From an uncultured Methylomirabilota bacterium (GTDB lineage Bacteria; Methylomirabilota; Methylomirabilia; Methylomirabilales; 2-02-FULL-66-22), in NCBI GenBank assembly GCA_963705305.1, contig OY970067.1:2144001-2208000 (forward strand): a stretch of 64,000 nucleotides of DNA. The letters run 5' to 3'. The notes beneath the pieces are model-generated. The model had not been told where the DNA came from and did no database searches. It saw only the letters and a program-made list of their open reading frames with translations. The position numbers were made by a program, and so were the translations under genes. Of this stretch, positions 1-10,118 are shown in pieces. Each line of letters opens with the position of its first letter. Positions within the stretch are counted from its first letter, which is position 1.

Positions 1-13
1 GCTGACCCTCTTC

Positions 14-1303
14 ATGGCTGCCGCGGTGGCGGGGTCTTCGCTGGTCTATCTCTTGGACCCGATCTCTCTCCTCACGCGCACCTACACCTTTGCGCTATTT
101 CCCCTTTTCGTCGGCGTGGTGAATATCCTGCTGGACACCTTCCGCCCTGTGGCCGAGGCGATGCGCTGGATGAACATCGCCAACCTGTCCTACGCGCAGC
201 CCGTGTTCTATATGACGCTGATCACGTTCCTCATCTTCGCAGGCATCATTGCTTTGGGGCGGCTGACCCCCCGCTTCTGGTGCCGATATCTTTGCCCTCT
301 CGGCGCGCTCCTGAGCCTCTTCTCGCCCCTGGGGCGCTGGCGCCGGACGGTCGGGCCGGAGTGTCCCGCCTGTGGGATCTGCCAGGATGCCTGCCCAATG
401 GGGGCAGCCACGGACCAGAGCGGGACGCGACTCGCCGAGTGCATCCAGTGCCGGACCTGTGTTGCACAGTGCCCAGAGGATGCCATCACGTTTCCGGCCT
501 CACCGCGATTGCTCCCCGCGCGGGAAGCCTCGCAGCCGGACCTGTCCCGCCGCGGGTTCCTCTATTCCGTGGCCGGCGGCCTAGGGCTGGGGTTTGTGGT
601 CCAACAGTCGCCCTTCACGCCCCTCCAGAACAAGGCCCAGCTTATCCGCCCGCCGGGGGCCCTGCCCGAGAACGAATTCCTCACCACCTGCATCCGCTGC
701 GGCGAGTGCGCGAAGTCCTGCCTCACCAATACCCTCCAGCCGAGCCTGTGGGAAGGCGGCCTGGCGGGCCTCTGGACGCCCAAGCTGGATCTCCGCTTTG
801 CGGCCTGCGAGCAGGAGTGCAATGTGTGCGGCAAGGTCTGCCCGACCCAGGCGATCCGGTCGCTCAGCCTCGAGGAGAAGACCCACGCCAAGCTCGGGAC
901 GGCCATCCTCCGCAAGGAAATGTGCCTGGTCTGGGCCCAGGATAAGCTCTGCCTGATGTGCGACGAAATCTGCCCCTACCATGCGATCGTCTTCCGCAAC
1001 ATCGACGGATATCGCCGGCCGGTCGTCATTGCGGCCCATTGCAACGGCTGCGGCTACTGCGAGCAGCGCTGCCCCGTCGAGGGCGACTCGGCAATCGTGG
1101 TGGCTCCCATCGGACAGATCCGGATGCGCACCGGCTCGTACGTCGCCGAGGCCAGGAGGCTGCAGCTGGATTTCAAGCCCAATCCGGCCGACGACCTGTT
1201 CATCCTGCGATCCGAGGGGCTCAAGGTCCAGCCGGGGGAACAAGAGGGTGGGCCGAAGGCGACGTCGCCGGCGGGGGAAAAGCCCAAAGGCTTCCTGCCT
1301 TGA
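14..1303 (+). CDS. Membrane-bound polyferredoxin, NapH/MauN + MauM/NapG-type fusion (probably 5'-truncated by the window edge)
   Basis: TM helices, RFWCRYLCPLG motif, many CxxCxxCxxxCP motifs, RPPGA motif of MauM/NapG. Confidence 0.8.
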   Translation: MAAAVAGSSLVYLLDPISLLTRTYTFALFPLFVGVVNILLDTFRPVAEAMRWMNIANLSYAQPVFYMTLITFLIFAGIIALGRLTPRFWCRYLCPLGALLSLFSPLGRWRRTVGPECPACGICQDACPMGAATDQSGTRLAECIQCRTCVAQCPEDAITFPASPRLLPAREASQPDLSRRGFLYSVAGGLGLGFVVQQSPFTPLQNKAQLIRPPGALPENEFLTTCIRCGECAKSCLTNTLQPSLWEGGLAGLWTPKLDLRFAACEQECNVCGKVCPTQAIRSLSLEEKTHAKLGTAILRKEMCLVWAQDKLCLMCDEICPYHAIVFRNIDGYRRPVVIAAHCNGCGYCEQRCPVEGDSAIVVAPIGQIRMRTGSYVAEARRLQLDFKPNPADDLFILRSEGLKVQPGEQEGGPKATSPAGEKPKGFLP

Positions 1304-1358
1304 CCGAACGCACCCGGACCGTCGTTTCCTGAGCGGCATTGACAGGAGGGCCCGATCA

Positions 1359-2555
1359 ATGGAAAAGAAGCTGGTGATGGGGAGAAGGGATTTTCTGAAG
1401 ACGACTGCGACAGGGCTCGGCGGCCTCGCCTACCTGCGCGTCACCTTGAGCCGGCCGCCGGACGCGCCGGAGAAGTTCGAGGGGACCCGCGTCCTCGGCA
1501 GGACCGGTATCCGGGTGCCGATCGTGTCGATGGGGGTGATGAACACCGACAACCCGGAGCTGGTGCGCGCCGCCCTGGACGCCGGCTACGTCTTCCTGGA
1601 CACCGCCCAGAGCTACCAGCGCGGCACCAACGAGTCCATGGTCGGCGAGATCCTCAAGGGCCGGCCGCGGAGATCCTTCATCATTGCCACCAAGGCCACC
1701 CTCCCCAAGGACCAGACCACCGGCGGCTATGGGCCGGACGCCACGGAAGAGGCGTACACCAGGAAGATCGACACCAGCCTGAGGAGCCTCGGGCTGGACT
1801 ACATCGACATCTATCACCACCATGGGGTCTGGACGCGGGGGGCCACGCTGCACGAGCCGATCCTCTCGGCCCTTCAGAAGGCGAAGCAGGCGGGCAAGAT
1901 CCGATGGATCGGCGTCAGCACGCATCGGAACGAGCCCGAGGTGGTCGACGCCGCGACCGACTCCAAGGTCTACAACGTCGCCCTGGTGGCCTACAACTTC
2001 CGCCAGCAGCACGCGGAGGAGGTGGGGAGGGCCATCGCCAGGGCGGCTGGCGCCGGCCTCGGGATCGTGGGGATGAAGTCGATGGGGGGGAATCGCGGAG
2101 GGGCGTATGCCTCCACCCAGATCGACCCGCGCGCATGCATCAAGTGGGTGCTGCAGGATCCGAACGTCGCCACCGTGATCTGCGGCTTCACCACCTTCGA
2201 TCAGATGGCCCTCGACCTCGCCGTCCTCAAGGACCTCACCCTGACCGCGTCGGAGCGCGAGCAGCTCCGGAAGGGGGCAGTAACGGCCGGCCTGTACTGC
2301 CAGGGCTGCGGGGCGTGCGTGGGCCAGTGCGCACAGGCGCTGCCGATCCCCGACCTGATGCGCGCCCGTATGTACGTGTACGGGTACCGGAACCTCGTGG
2401 CGGCCCAGGATCTGGTGCTGTCCCTGGCGCTGCCGGACACGGTGTGCGGAGACTGCGGCGCCTGCCCTGTGACCTGCACGAATCGCTGGAACGTGTCCGA
2501 GCGGGTTCGTGACGTCATCCGCCTGCGGGACGTGTCGCCCGGCCGTGTTGCCTAG
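1359..2555 (+). CDS. Aldo/keto reductase with Tat-like signal and C-terminal Fe-S cysteines
   Basis: RBS AGGAGG before ATG 1359; GRRDFLK; LGRTG, LDTAQSY, SLRSLGLDYID; C-terminal CxxCxxC. Confidence 0.85.
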   Translation: MEKKLVMGRRDFLKTTATGLGGLAYLRVTLSRPPDAPEKFEGTRVLGRTGIRVPIVSMGVMNTDNPELVRAALDAGYVFLDTAQSYQRGTNESMVGEILKGRPRRSFIIATKATLPKDQTTGGYGPDATEEAYTRKIDTSLRSLGLDYIDIYHHHGVWTRGATLHEPILSALQKAKQAGKIRWIGVSTHRNEPEVVDAATDSKVYNVALVAYNFRQQHAEEVGRAIARAAGAGLGIVGMKSMGGNRGGAYASTQIDPRACIKWVLQDPNVATVICGFTTFDQMALDLAVLKDLTLTASEREQLRKGAVTAGLYCQGCGACVGQCAQALPIPDLMRARMYVYGYRNLVAAQDLVLSLALPDTVCGDCGACPVTCTNRWNVSERVRDVIRLRDVSPGRVA

Positions 2556-2576
2556 GCAACCGGGGGAGGATCGCGC

Positions 2577-3443
2577 ATGAAGAGGGGGAGCGCTCTCGCT
2601 GCCGTCCTGCTTGGGGTGGCCCTATGGGGAGGCCCGTCGCTGGCGGCCGACGCAGTGCCGTTCGCGTTTCCTGCGGTGAACGGATGGACACTGGTGGGCC
2701 CGCCCCAGGTGTTCTCGCCCGATACGCTCTACGAATACATCGACGGCGGGGCCGATCTCTACGTGAAGTACGATTTCGAAGCGCTGCAGGTCGTCGAGTA
2801 CCGGAAGGAGAAGATGTCGGTGAGCGCAGAGGTCTACCGCCACCGGGACGCGGACCGCGCCTTCGGCATCTACAGCCAGGAGCGCGTGCCAAGCAGCGAG
2901 TTTCTGGCGCTCGGGACCCAGGGCTACTACGAGAACGGGGTCTGCAACTTTATCCAGGACCGCTATTATGTGAAGCTGAGCAGCGAGAACACCGGCGCGG
3001 ACGACCGGGAGATCCTGCTGGCCTTCGCCCGGCGGATTTCGCAAGAGCTGCCCGCGCGGTTCGCCTTGCCGGCGGTCCTGTCGGTATTTCCAGCCGACGG
3101 GAAGACGCCGAACTCGGAGAAGTTCATCGCCAAGGACTTCCTCGGGTATGGATTCCTCCACGCGGGGTTCCTCGCCGACTACGAGCGGTCGGGTCAGAAG
3201 TATCAGCTCTTCGTCATTGTGGGCGACAGTCTGGAGGATGCCCGCGCGATGCTGGGACAGTACTTGAAGCAGATCAGGCAGGAGGCGAATCTGGCAGAGG
3301 GAGCGTACCAGGTCAAGGATCCCTATCACGGAGAGATGACGCTGTTCTGGAAGGGGAGATACATCTGGGGGACGGTGAAGCTGGCGGACCCCGGCCTCCG
3401 CTCCGCCTATCTGAAGCAGTTTGAGGGCCTTGTGGTCCCCTAA
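2577..3443 (+). CDS. Secreted protein, DUF6599-like
   Basis: Signal peptide; LYEYIDGGADLY and AFGIYSQER motifs; RBS GGAGGA. Confidence 0.65.
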   Translation: MKRGSALAAVLLGVALWGGPSLAADAVPFAFPAVNGWTLVGPPQVFSPDTLYEYIDGGADLYVKYDFEALQVVEYRKEKMSVSAEVYRHRDADRAFGIYSQERVPSSEFLALGTQGYYENGVCNFIQDRYYVKLSSENTGADDREILLAFARRISQELPARFALPAVLSVFPADGKTPNSEKFIAKDFLGYGFLHAGFLADYERSGQKYQLFVIVGDSLEDARAMLGQYLKQIRQEANLAEGAYQVKDPYHGEMTLFWKGRYIWGTVKLADPGLRSAYLKQFEGLVVP

Positions 3444-3626
3444 TCGCCGCCCTAACGGGCGCGATCGTAGATCTATCAGCAGACCGTTTGCCGTTGACAC
3501 GCCCGGCCCGGGGGGCGTAGGCTCCCGTCGGCGGTTCCCGGCACCGCTCCGCTTCCCGCGAACGCAGCAGCGTGAATGCGCCCGCGTCCGGGGGGGTGCC
3601 CCGCGCGAGTTCAGGCAGATCGACGC

Positions 3627-4874
3627 ATGCGATTCCCAACCGGGCTGCGCGCCCTCAACCATCGGGACTTCCGCCTCTTCTTCTCCGGCCAGTTCATCTC
3701 GCTCATCGGCACCTGGATGCAGAGCGTGGCGCAGGCGTGGCTGGTCCTCGAGCTGACCAACTCGGCATTCAAGCTGGGGCTCATCAGCGCCCTCCAGACG
3801 GCGCCCATGCTCTGTCTCGCCTTCGTGGCGGGGGCCATCGCCGACCGGCTCCCCAAGCGCCGCGTCCTCGTCGGCACGCAGTCGGCCCTCATGGGCCAGG
3901 CGCTCCTCCTGGCCGTCCTCGTGTGGGCGGGCGTCGTCCAGTACTGGCACGTGGCCCTCCTGGCGACCTGCTACGGCCTGGCCTTCACCCTCGATATGCC
4001 CACGCGGCAGGCGTTCGTCGTGGAGATGGCGAGCAAGGCGGACCTCCCGAACGCCATCGCCCTCAACTCCAGCGTGGTCAGCGGCGCCCGGATGGTGGGC
4101 CCCGCCATCGCCGGCCTCCTGATCGATCGGTACGGGACCGCGCCGGCCTTCGGGCTCAACGCGCTGAGCTTCCTGCCCATCATCCTCGCCCTGGCGGCCA
4201 TGCGGGCCGACGGCCGGCCGGGCCCCGCGCAGGGCACCACCGTCCGCGAGGAGATCACCGCCGGCCTGCGCTACGCGGTCCGCACCCCGCTTGTGGCCCT
4301 GCCCCTGAGCCTCCTCCTGACCCTGGGGCTCTTCGTCACCAACCACAACGTCCTGGTGCCCCTGCTGGCCCGGGACGTGCTCCACGCGGGGGCCCACGGC
4401 TTCGGCCTCCTCATGGCCGCCGTGGGCACGGGGGCCATCGTCGGGGCGCTGGCGCTGGCGACGCTGCTGACGGGCCGCCCGCCCTTCGCCCTGCTCCTGG
4501 GCACGGCCGGCACTGCCGCGGCCCTCACGCTGCTGCTCGCGGGAATCCGCTCCTTCTGGGCGGCCCTGCTTGCCCTGACCTGCGTCGGGTTTGCCCAGAT
4601 GGTGTTCGTGGCGGCCTGCAACACCACGCTCCAGTTGGTGGTCCCGGACCGGATGCGGGGCCGGATCATGAGCGTCTACGCCTTCGTGTTTGTCGGCAGC
4701 ACGCCCTTCGGGGCGCTCTTCGTGGGCACGACCGCGGACTGGGTCGGGGTCTCGGCGGCGTACGGGCTGGCGGGGGGGCTGGCCCTGGCCTCGATCCTGG
4801 GCCTCGGCCTGCTGGGGTGGGGGGGGTGGGCCGCTTCAGCCCCTCCCGTCGCCGAGCCGCCGTCGGGGGCCTGA
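3627..4874 (+). CDS. MFS transporter (MFS_3/EntS-like)
   Basis: ALNHRDFRLFFSGQFISLIGTWMQ start; about 12 TM segments. Confidence 0.9.
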   Translation: MRFPTGLRALNHRDFRLFFSGQFISLIGTWMQSVAQAWLVLELTNSAFKLGLISALQTAPMLCLAFVAGAIADRLPKRRVLVGTQSALMGQALLLAVLVWAGVVQYWHVALLATCYGLAFTLDMPTRQAFVVEMASKADLPNAIALNSSVVSGARMVGPAIAGLLIDRYGTAPAFGLNALSFLPIILALAAMRADGRPGPAQGTTVREEITAGLRYAVRTPLVALPLSLLLTLGLFVTNHNVLVPLLARDVLHAGAHGFGLLMAAVGTGAIVGALALATLLTGRPPFALLLGTAGTAAALTLLLAGIRSFWAALLALTCVGFAQMVFVAACNTTLQLVVPDRMRGRIMSVYAFVFVGSTPFGALFVGTTADWVGVSAAYGLAGGLALASILGLGLLGWGGWAASAPPVAEPPSGA

Positions 4875-4971
4875 GTGCTCCCTACCTATTTGAAACCCGT
4901 GACGAACTGTTGCGAGTTTCTGAGGTGATTCCAACCAAAGAGTTGGGGTCTTTGCCCCGGGGGTCTTCCCC

Positions 4972-5000
4972 TTGACAAGCCGTCGGGCTCGGCGTAGCGT
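4972..5000 (+). promoter_or_regulatory. Sigma70-type promoter
   Basis: TTGACA-17 bp-TAGCGT. Confidence 0.6.
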
Positions 5001-5244
5001 TTTTTGTGGGCGCGGGTCGAGCCCATACCCCTCGTGGCCAGAGCGTCGGGTTCGCGTCCCGACGCCTGCTCGTCGACGCGTGCCGGGGCAACCCAGCCCC
5101 GCGGTCTTCGCTATCCATCATGCCGACCTCTTCGCCAAGCGGGTGGGGACCGAGACCGCGCAGCCTGGGCGGGTTAAGAGTAGTCCTCCGGCTCTGTTGT
5201 CGTGCAGTCGACGAGGGAGCTCAGGAGGAGCAAGGAGTGCCGCC

Positions 5245-6069
5245 ATGACCATCGTGGCGATTTCCCGGGAAATGGGAAGCGGAGGGTACGAGATCGGCGC
5301 TGCTGTCGCCAAGGCGCTAGACTTCGCGTACGTGGACCGGCAGATCCTTCTGCAGGCCGCGCACGCCATGGGGGTGCCGGAGGCGACACTCGTGGAGGTC
5401 GTGGAGCACCGCCCGTCCCTGTGGGAGCGCTTCGACACCGAGAGAGGGCGCTATGTCATCTTCATTGAGGCAGCCTACTACGCCTTCGCGGAGAAGGGAA
5501 ATCTGGTCACGGCCAGTCGCAGCGGGCCGTTCTTTCTCCGGGGCATTCGGCATGCGGTTCGGGTCAGAATCATGGCCCCCTTCGAAGTCCGTGTGCGTCG
5601 GGTCATGGCGCAAGAAAAGGTGAACCAGAAGGCGGCCACGGCCAAGGTCTACAGGTATGACCGGGAGATGGCCGGGCGTATCGACTATCTCTTCGGGGTG
5701 GACTGGAGCCGGCCCGAGAACTACGACCTGGTGCTCAACACCCAAGATGATGCCTGGGACTTCTACACCGACTTCCTGGTGCGGGCGGCCCGGCACCCCC
5801 GGTACCAGCCTACGCCGGAATCCCTGCAGCGGATCCGCGACCTCAGCCTCGCGGCGCGGGTCCGCGCCGCCATCGCCACGGATCCGGTGGTCAAGAGCCT
5901 CAATGTCGAGGTCGCCGCCCAGGCGGGACACGTGGTGCTGAAGGGGACCGTCTTCAGCGTGGCCATGATGGACGCTGTCGTCGAGGTGGCGAAGCGCGTC
6001 CAGGGGGTCACCAGCATCTCGAGCGAGACCGTGGAGATCCCGCGGGTCTACCCGGGCCCGCTCATGTGA
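5245..6069 (+). CDS. Cytidylate kinase-like protein with C-terminal BON domain
   Basis: TIVAISREMGSGG P-loop-like motif, YDLVLNT; BON-like VEVAAQAGHVVLKGTV; RBS AAGGAG. Confidence 0.85.
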   Translation: MTIVAISREMGSGGYEIGAAVAKALDFAYVDRQILLQAAHAMGVPEATLVEVVEHRPSLWERFDTERGRYVIFIEAAYYAFAEKGNLVTASRSGPFFLRGIRHAVRVRIMAPFEVRVRRVMAQEKVNQKAATAKVYRYDREMAGRIDYLFGVDWSRPENYDLVLNTQDDAWDFYTDFLVRAARHPRYQPTPESLQRIRDLSLAARVRAAIATDPVVKSLNVEVAAQAGHVVLKGTVFSVAMMDAVVEVAKRVQGVTSISSETVEIPRVYPGPLM

Positions 6070-6623
6070 CGCCAAACGAGTTGATGGGCTGGCTGGGGAC
6101 GCGCGGTGCTCCGCCAGAACGTTGTCCATGCTGGCCGGCTTGGAGTCCTTACTGACGGGCACGATTGGGGGACATGGGTCCGGTTCTTACGGAGCAGATT
6201 CAGTGTGTTCGCGGCCCCCGGAAAGAGACACCCAAAAAATCGGTCAAGCGGACAGGAGCCGCGTGGGAGGCTTGCCGGCAAGGCTCCCTCCTCGGTCCGA
6301 ACGAATAGGTGCCTCGGGGGAGCGGGTTGCCCAGACGGGCTCGTCGGCTGGGGAGAAATGCGGACCCGGCACGTGTTGGCATGGGAGGTGGGACGCCCGC
6401 CCCGGGGAACTGGTGCCGCGATAGGCGAGACGACCGAACGGTTCCGGGTCAAATGGTGCGGATCGATGACCAACTCTGTGGGCCTCGGCGACACGATCTC
6501 GCGCAGTGACGGGAACCGAGGGGTCATCGTGGCCGTGGGTTCGATCGCCTCGGTCCCCGGTGCCGAGGCGGTGGAGGCTGGTCCCGATCGGGTCGCCAGG
6601 GCGCAGCGGCGCGAGCCACGGCC

Positions 6624-7766
6624 GTGGTGAAGCCGGCTCGGCCCCATCGCTTTCACACGGCCTTGCGGGTAACGAACGCCGCGGGCTTCCTCTTCAACTC
6701 GTCGAGCGCGTTCTTCCTCCTGTTCCCCATCTACCTCCAGCAGCAGGGCAGCTCCCCCGCCCAGATCGGCCTCGTCGTCGGCCTCCTCCGGGCGGGCTCG
6801 CTAGTCGCCCGCCCGCTGGGGGGCCGGCTCCTAGACCGCCTCGGCCGGCGCCGGGTGATTGAGGTCGGCGCGCTCGTGGCCCTGCTGGCGATCCTGTCCC
6901 TCTTCGTGTTCCCGCAGGTCGGCGGGCCCTTCCTGCTCCTGCGCGTTTTCCAGGGGATCGGGACCTCGTGCATCGACTCCGGGCTGGGCGCGGTGGTGGC
7001 CGACCTGGGCCCGCCCGGCGCACGGGCGCAGGTGTACGCCATCTACACTGTCTCGATCAACCTGACCTCGGCCGTCATGCCCGGCCTGGGGGAAGCCCTC
7101 ATCCGCTGGGCGGGGTTCTTCCCCCTGTTCGGGGCCGCGGCCCTCGCCCTGGCCGCCTGCTTCCTCCTGGTCCTGCGGCTCCCGGAAACGGCGCGGCCGC
7201 GCGTAGAGCGACCGGCGGCCCGGCCGGGGCTCCCGCCCGGCTCGGGCCCGCTCCTGCTGGGGAGCCTGCTGGTCGGGTGGGTCTTCGGCACCCTGTCAAC
7301 CTTCGTCCCCGTGGCCCAGATCGCCGCCGCCCCGGGGCGGGTCGGCCTGTTCTTCTTCGCGTATTTCGCCGGGCTGTTGGCTGTGCGGCTGGCGGGGGGC
7401 CTCGGGGTGAGCCGCCTGGTGCAGCCGACGATGCTCCTGCCCGCGTACGGGGCCCTAGCCATCGGCTTGGCGGCGCTGCCCCTCGGGCATGGCGTGCTCC
7501 GGTTGGTCTTCGTCGGGCTCACCTGCGGCGCTGCGCATGGGGTGGTCATGCCAGTCCTCTATGGCATGCTCCTCGTCGGGCTGTCCCGCGATCGCCGGGG
7601 GTGGGCCGTGGCGCTCTACTCTGGGGCCTACGACCTGGGCGTGGTCCTGGCCTCTGCGGGCCTCGGAGTGATCGCGGAGGGGATCGGCTACCGCGGCATC
7701 TTCGTGGTGGCGGCGGTTGTCATGGCCCTCGGGGCGGGGGCGGCCCACCTGTGGGGGCAGCGGTAA
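6624..7766 (+). CDS. MFS transporter
   Basis: GGRLLDRLGRRR MFS motif A; about 12 hydrophobic segments. Confidence 0.85.
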   Translation: MVKPARPHRFHTALRVTNAAGFLFNSSSAFFLLFPIYLQQQGSSPAQIGLVVGLLRAGSLVARPLGGRLLDRLGRRRVIEVGALVALLAILSLFVFPQVGGPFLLLRVFQGIGTSCIDSGLGAVVADLGPPGARAQVYAIYTVSINLTSAVMPGLGEALIRWAGFFPLFGAAALALAACFLLVLRLPETARPRVERPAARPGLPPGSGPLLLGSLLVGWVFGTLSTFVPVAQIAAAPGRVGLFFFAYFAGLLAVRLAGGLGVSRLVQPTMLLPAYGALAIGLAALPLGHGVLRLVFVGLTCGAAHGVVMPVLYGMLLVGLSRDRRGWAVALYSGAYDLGVVLASAGLGVIAEGIGYRGIFVVAAVVMALGAGAAHLWGQR

Positions 7767-8059
7767 GGGCCGTGCGGGATCGCAGGCGGAGCCGCCGCCG
7801 CGGCGGGCGGCCCCGTCAGAGCAGGTTTCGGGCCATGCCGCCCTCGGCTCGCTCTCCTTTCCCGTCGTAACCACGCTCCGACACCTGCCAGCGACCCGTC
7901 CCCCCGGGGACGGGGCGTGCCATCCATCCGCGGGAAACCCCGAGCCGCCGTAGTATGGAAATGGAATGCGGAGGGCAAGAACGGCGCGCGACTATTCTCA
8001 CGTCTGAAGGAGACGGCATCGATTCGAGTCCGAGCCGGCTCCCCGAGCGGGAAAAATCT

Positions 8060-10018
8060 CTAGCCGTTACACAAAGGTGTTGAATAGCGTCGGGGGTTGG
8101 AGTACAAACCCCTTGTGCTTACTGCGCCGAAGGGGAGCACTGCCCTCGAGAAGATTTCTTCCGTAGGCAAGACGCCGCGGATCCCGCCCCCTGCAGATGG
8201 GATCCAGGTGAACTTCTGTAAGAATCCCCGGTGCCCAAACTACGGGGTGCCGGCCCTTGCGTGGGTCTCGCGTACGCCCATCGCCTTCGGCGCGATCCAC
8301 GACCACTATGAACTGGACCGGGCCACCCCTCCGTCAGTGCCCCTCCTACACTGTCAGTTCTGCCGAGAAGAACCGCCAATCAAGAGCAATCGGGCCATCG
8401 CCGAGGAACAGCGACGACTGTTGGCATGCCTGCAGCTCCGCCCGGCCCCCGCCTGCCCTACCCTGGGGTGCGCGCACGGCAGCGTTCCCATCACCCGCGG
8501 CCCCGGCCATTACCAATCCTTCGGGAGGAGCCATTCGGGATCCCAGCGCTACCGCTGCAAGGCGTGCCATAAGACGTTCTCGGTGGGGATGGCCACGGTT
8601 CGGCAAAGAGCTCCCCATAAGAATCGGACGATCTTCAGCCTCTTGGTGAACAAGGCCCCGTTGCGCCGGATCTGCGAGGTGGCCAGCATCGCGCCGCCGG
8701 CCCTGTATGGCAAGGTGCGGTTTCTCGCGACCCAGTGCCAGGCGTTCATCGCCGAGCGGGAGCGTCGACTCCTCGATGGCTTGGCCTTCCGCCGGTTGTA
8801 TCTCGCGACCGATCGCCAGGAGTACATGGTGAACTGGTCCCAGCAAGCCGATCGCCGGAATGTCCTCCTCCATGCTGTCGGGACGGCCGACACCACCTCC
8901 GGCTACGTGTTTGGCGTGCACCTGAACTACGATCCGGCTCTGGAGCCTGCCGTGGTGGAGGCCGAGGCCCAGGCCTGTGGGGACTTGGGTGCGAAACGCC
9001 CCTTCCGCCGGTACGCCCGTTGCTGGCTCGCGGCGGATTACACGGAGGGCCTCCACCGGAAAGCTCGGCGAGGCCGCCGCGGGAAGGCGCCGCTGTCGGA
9101 GGAGATTCAGGCCACTTACGAGGAGGCGCTCGAGCGCGAGGATGTCGAGGCTTTTGAAGTCCAATCCCCGGATCGGCGGCTCCCGGCCAAGGGGATGCAG
9201 ATCCATGCCGAGTATACGCTCTACGGCCACTTCTTCTATCTGCGGGCGCTGTTCGGCGGGGTCGAGAAGCTCCGGTTCTTCCTCGATCAGGACTCGGGCA
9301 TGCGCGCCGCCTGCCTCGCCGCCTTCCAGCCGGAGATTGCCGCGCGCCGGGCGGACGCCTTCTACGTGCGGATCGCCTCCAAGCTGACGATCGCCGAGAA
9401 GCGCGCCGCCATCGCCGAGAGCCGAGCGGCCTTCCGGGCGGCGCGCCAGCGGCATCCCAGCCTCTCCGACACCGAGGTCAAGCTCCTTCTGATCAAAGCC
9501 CAGATGCGGGAAATGGCAACTCTGGGGAAATGGCAGGACAAGTGGCTGTCCCACCCCTTTCCCCACATGGGGGAGCCCCGCAAAGCCGTCTGCTGCCTCA
9601 CCGACTACGGGGACTACGACGAGGACCACCAGGCGTGGCTCTACAACAAGGCCTCCTTGCATGCTATCGACTGCTTCTTCATGCAGGTGCGTCGCCGGCT
9701 CTCGATGCTCGAACGACCCATTGCCTCGGCCAGCGCGCTCCAGCGAACCTGGTATGGGTACAGCCCGTACGATCCCGAGAGCATCGTGAGACTCTTGACA
9801 ATCTTCCGGGTCTACTACAACTACTGCTTGTCGGGCAGGGGAGGAACCACACCGGCCATGCGATTAGGGTTGGCTAAAGGAAGGGTGAGCCTCGAGGACA
9901 TTATCTACTTCTGACGCAATGTCGACGCAGCATCCCATCAGCCCTTTGGAAGCAGAGGGCGTTCCGTCTCCAGGCCAAAGGGGTCCGAACCGGATCAACA
10001 CCTTTGTGTAACGGCTAG
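8060..10018 (+). mobile_element. Insertion sequence, 1959 bp, IS1-like
   Basis: Perfect 24-bp TIR CTAGCCGTTACACAAAGGTGTTGA (8060-8083 / 9995-10018); 9-bp TSD GAAAAATCT (8051-8059 / 10019-10027); a single transposase ORF. Confidence 0.95.
8097..9914 (+). CDS. Large IS1-like transposase with multiple zinc ribbons (start codon uncertain, non-ATG)
   Basis: FCKNPRC, CQFC, CPTLGC; InsA-like GRSHSGSQRYRCKAC; acidic motifs LATDRQ, FFLDQDSG, HAIDCFF; C-terminal YYNYC...TPAMRLGL. Confidence 0.85.
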   Translation: MEYKPLVLTAPKGSTALEKISSVGKTPRIPPPADGIQVNFCKNPRCPNYGVPALAWVSRTPIAFGAIHDHYELDRATPPSVPLLHCQFCREEPPIKSNRAIAEEQRRLLACLQLRPAPACPTLGCAHGSVPITRGPGHYQSFGRSHSGSQRYRCKACHKTFSVGMATVRQRAPHKNRTIFSLLVNKAPLRRICEVASIAPPALYGKVRFLATQCQAFIAERERRLLDGLAFRRLYLATDRQEYMVNWSQQADRRNVLLHAVGTADTTSGYVFGVHLNYDPALEPAVVEAEAQACGDLGAKRPFRRYARCWLAADYTEGLHRKARRGRRGKAPLSEEIQATYEEALEREDVEAFEVQSPDRRLPAKGMQIHAEYTLYGHFFYLRALFGGVEKLRFFLDQDSGMRAACLAAFQPEIAARRADAFYVRIASKLTIAEKRAAIAESRAAFRAARQRHPSLSDTEVKLLLIKAQMREMATLGKWQDKWLSHPFPHMGEPRKAVCCLTDYGDYDEDHQAWLYNKASLHAIDCFFMQVRRRLSMLERPIASASALQRTWYGYSPYDPESIVRLLTIFRVYYNYCLSGRGGTTPAMRLGLAKGRVSLEDIIYF

Positions 10019-10118
10019 GAAAAATCTGGACACTGGAGGGAGGGAATTTAGGTGGCGTGAAGGATTAACGAATCGCGCCTCAGCGGCAGACCGGGGTGCG
10101 CGCCCCGCGCCGGGTGAA

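Noticed and set aside
6070..6623. Gene or ncRNA in the 550-bp spacer before the second MFS gene
   Set aside because: ORFs are low-complexity with no motifs, and no convincing structure or repeat was seen.
8020..8045. tRNA-like 3' fragment (GATTCGAGTCC...) next to the IS
   Set aside because: No D arm, anticodon arm, acceptor stem pairing or CCA.
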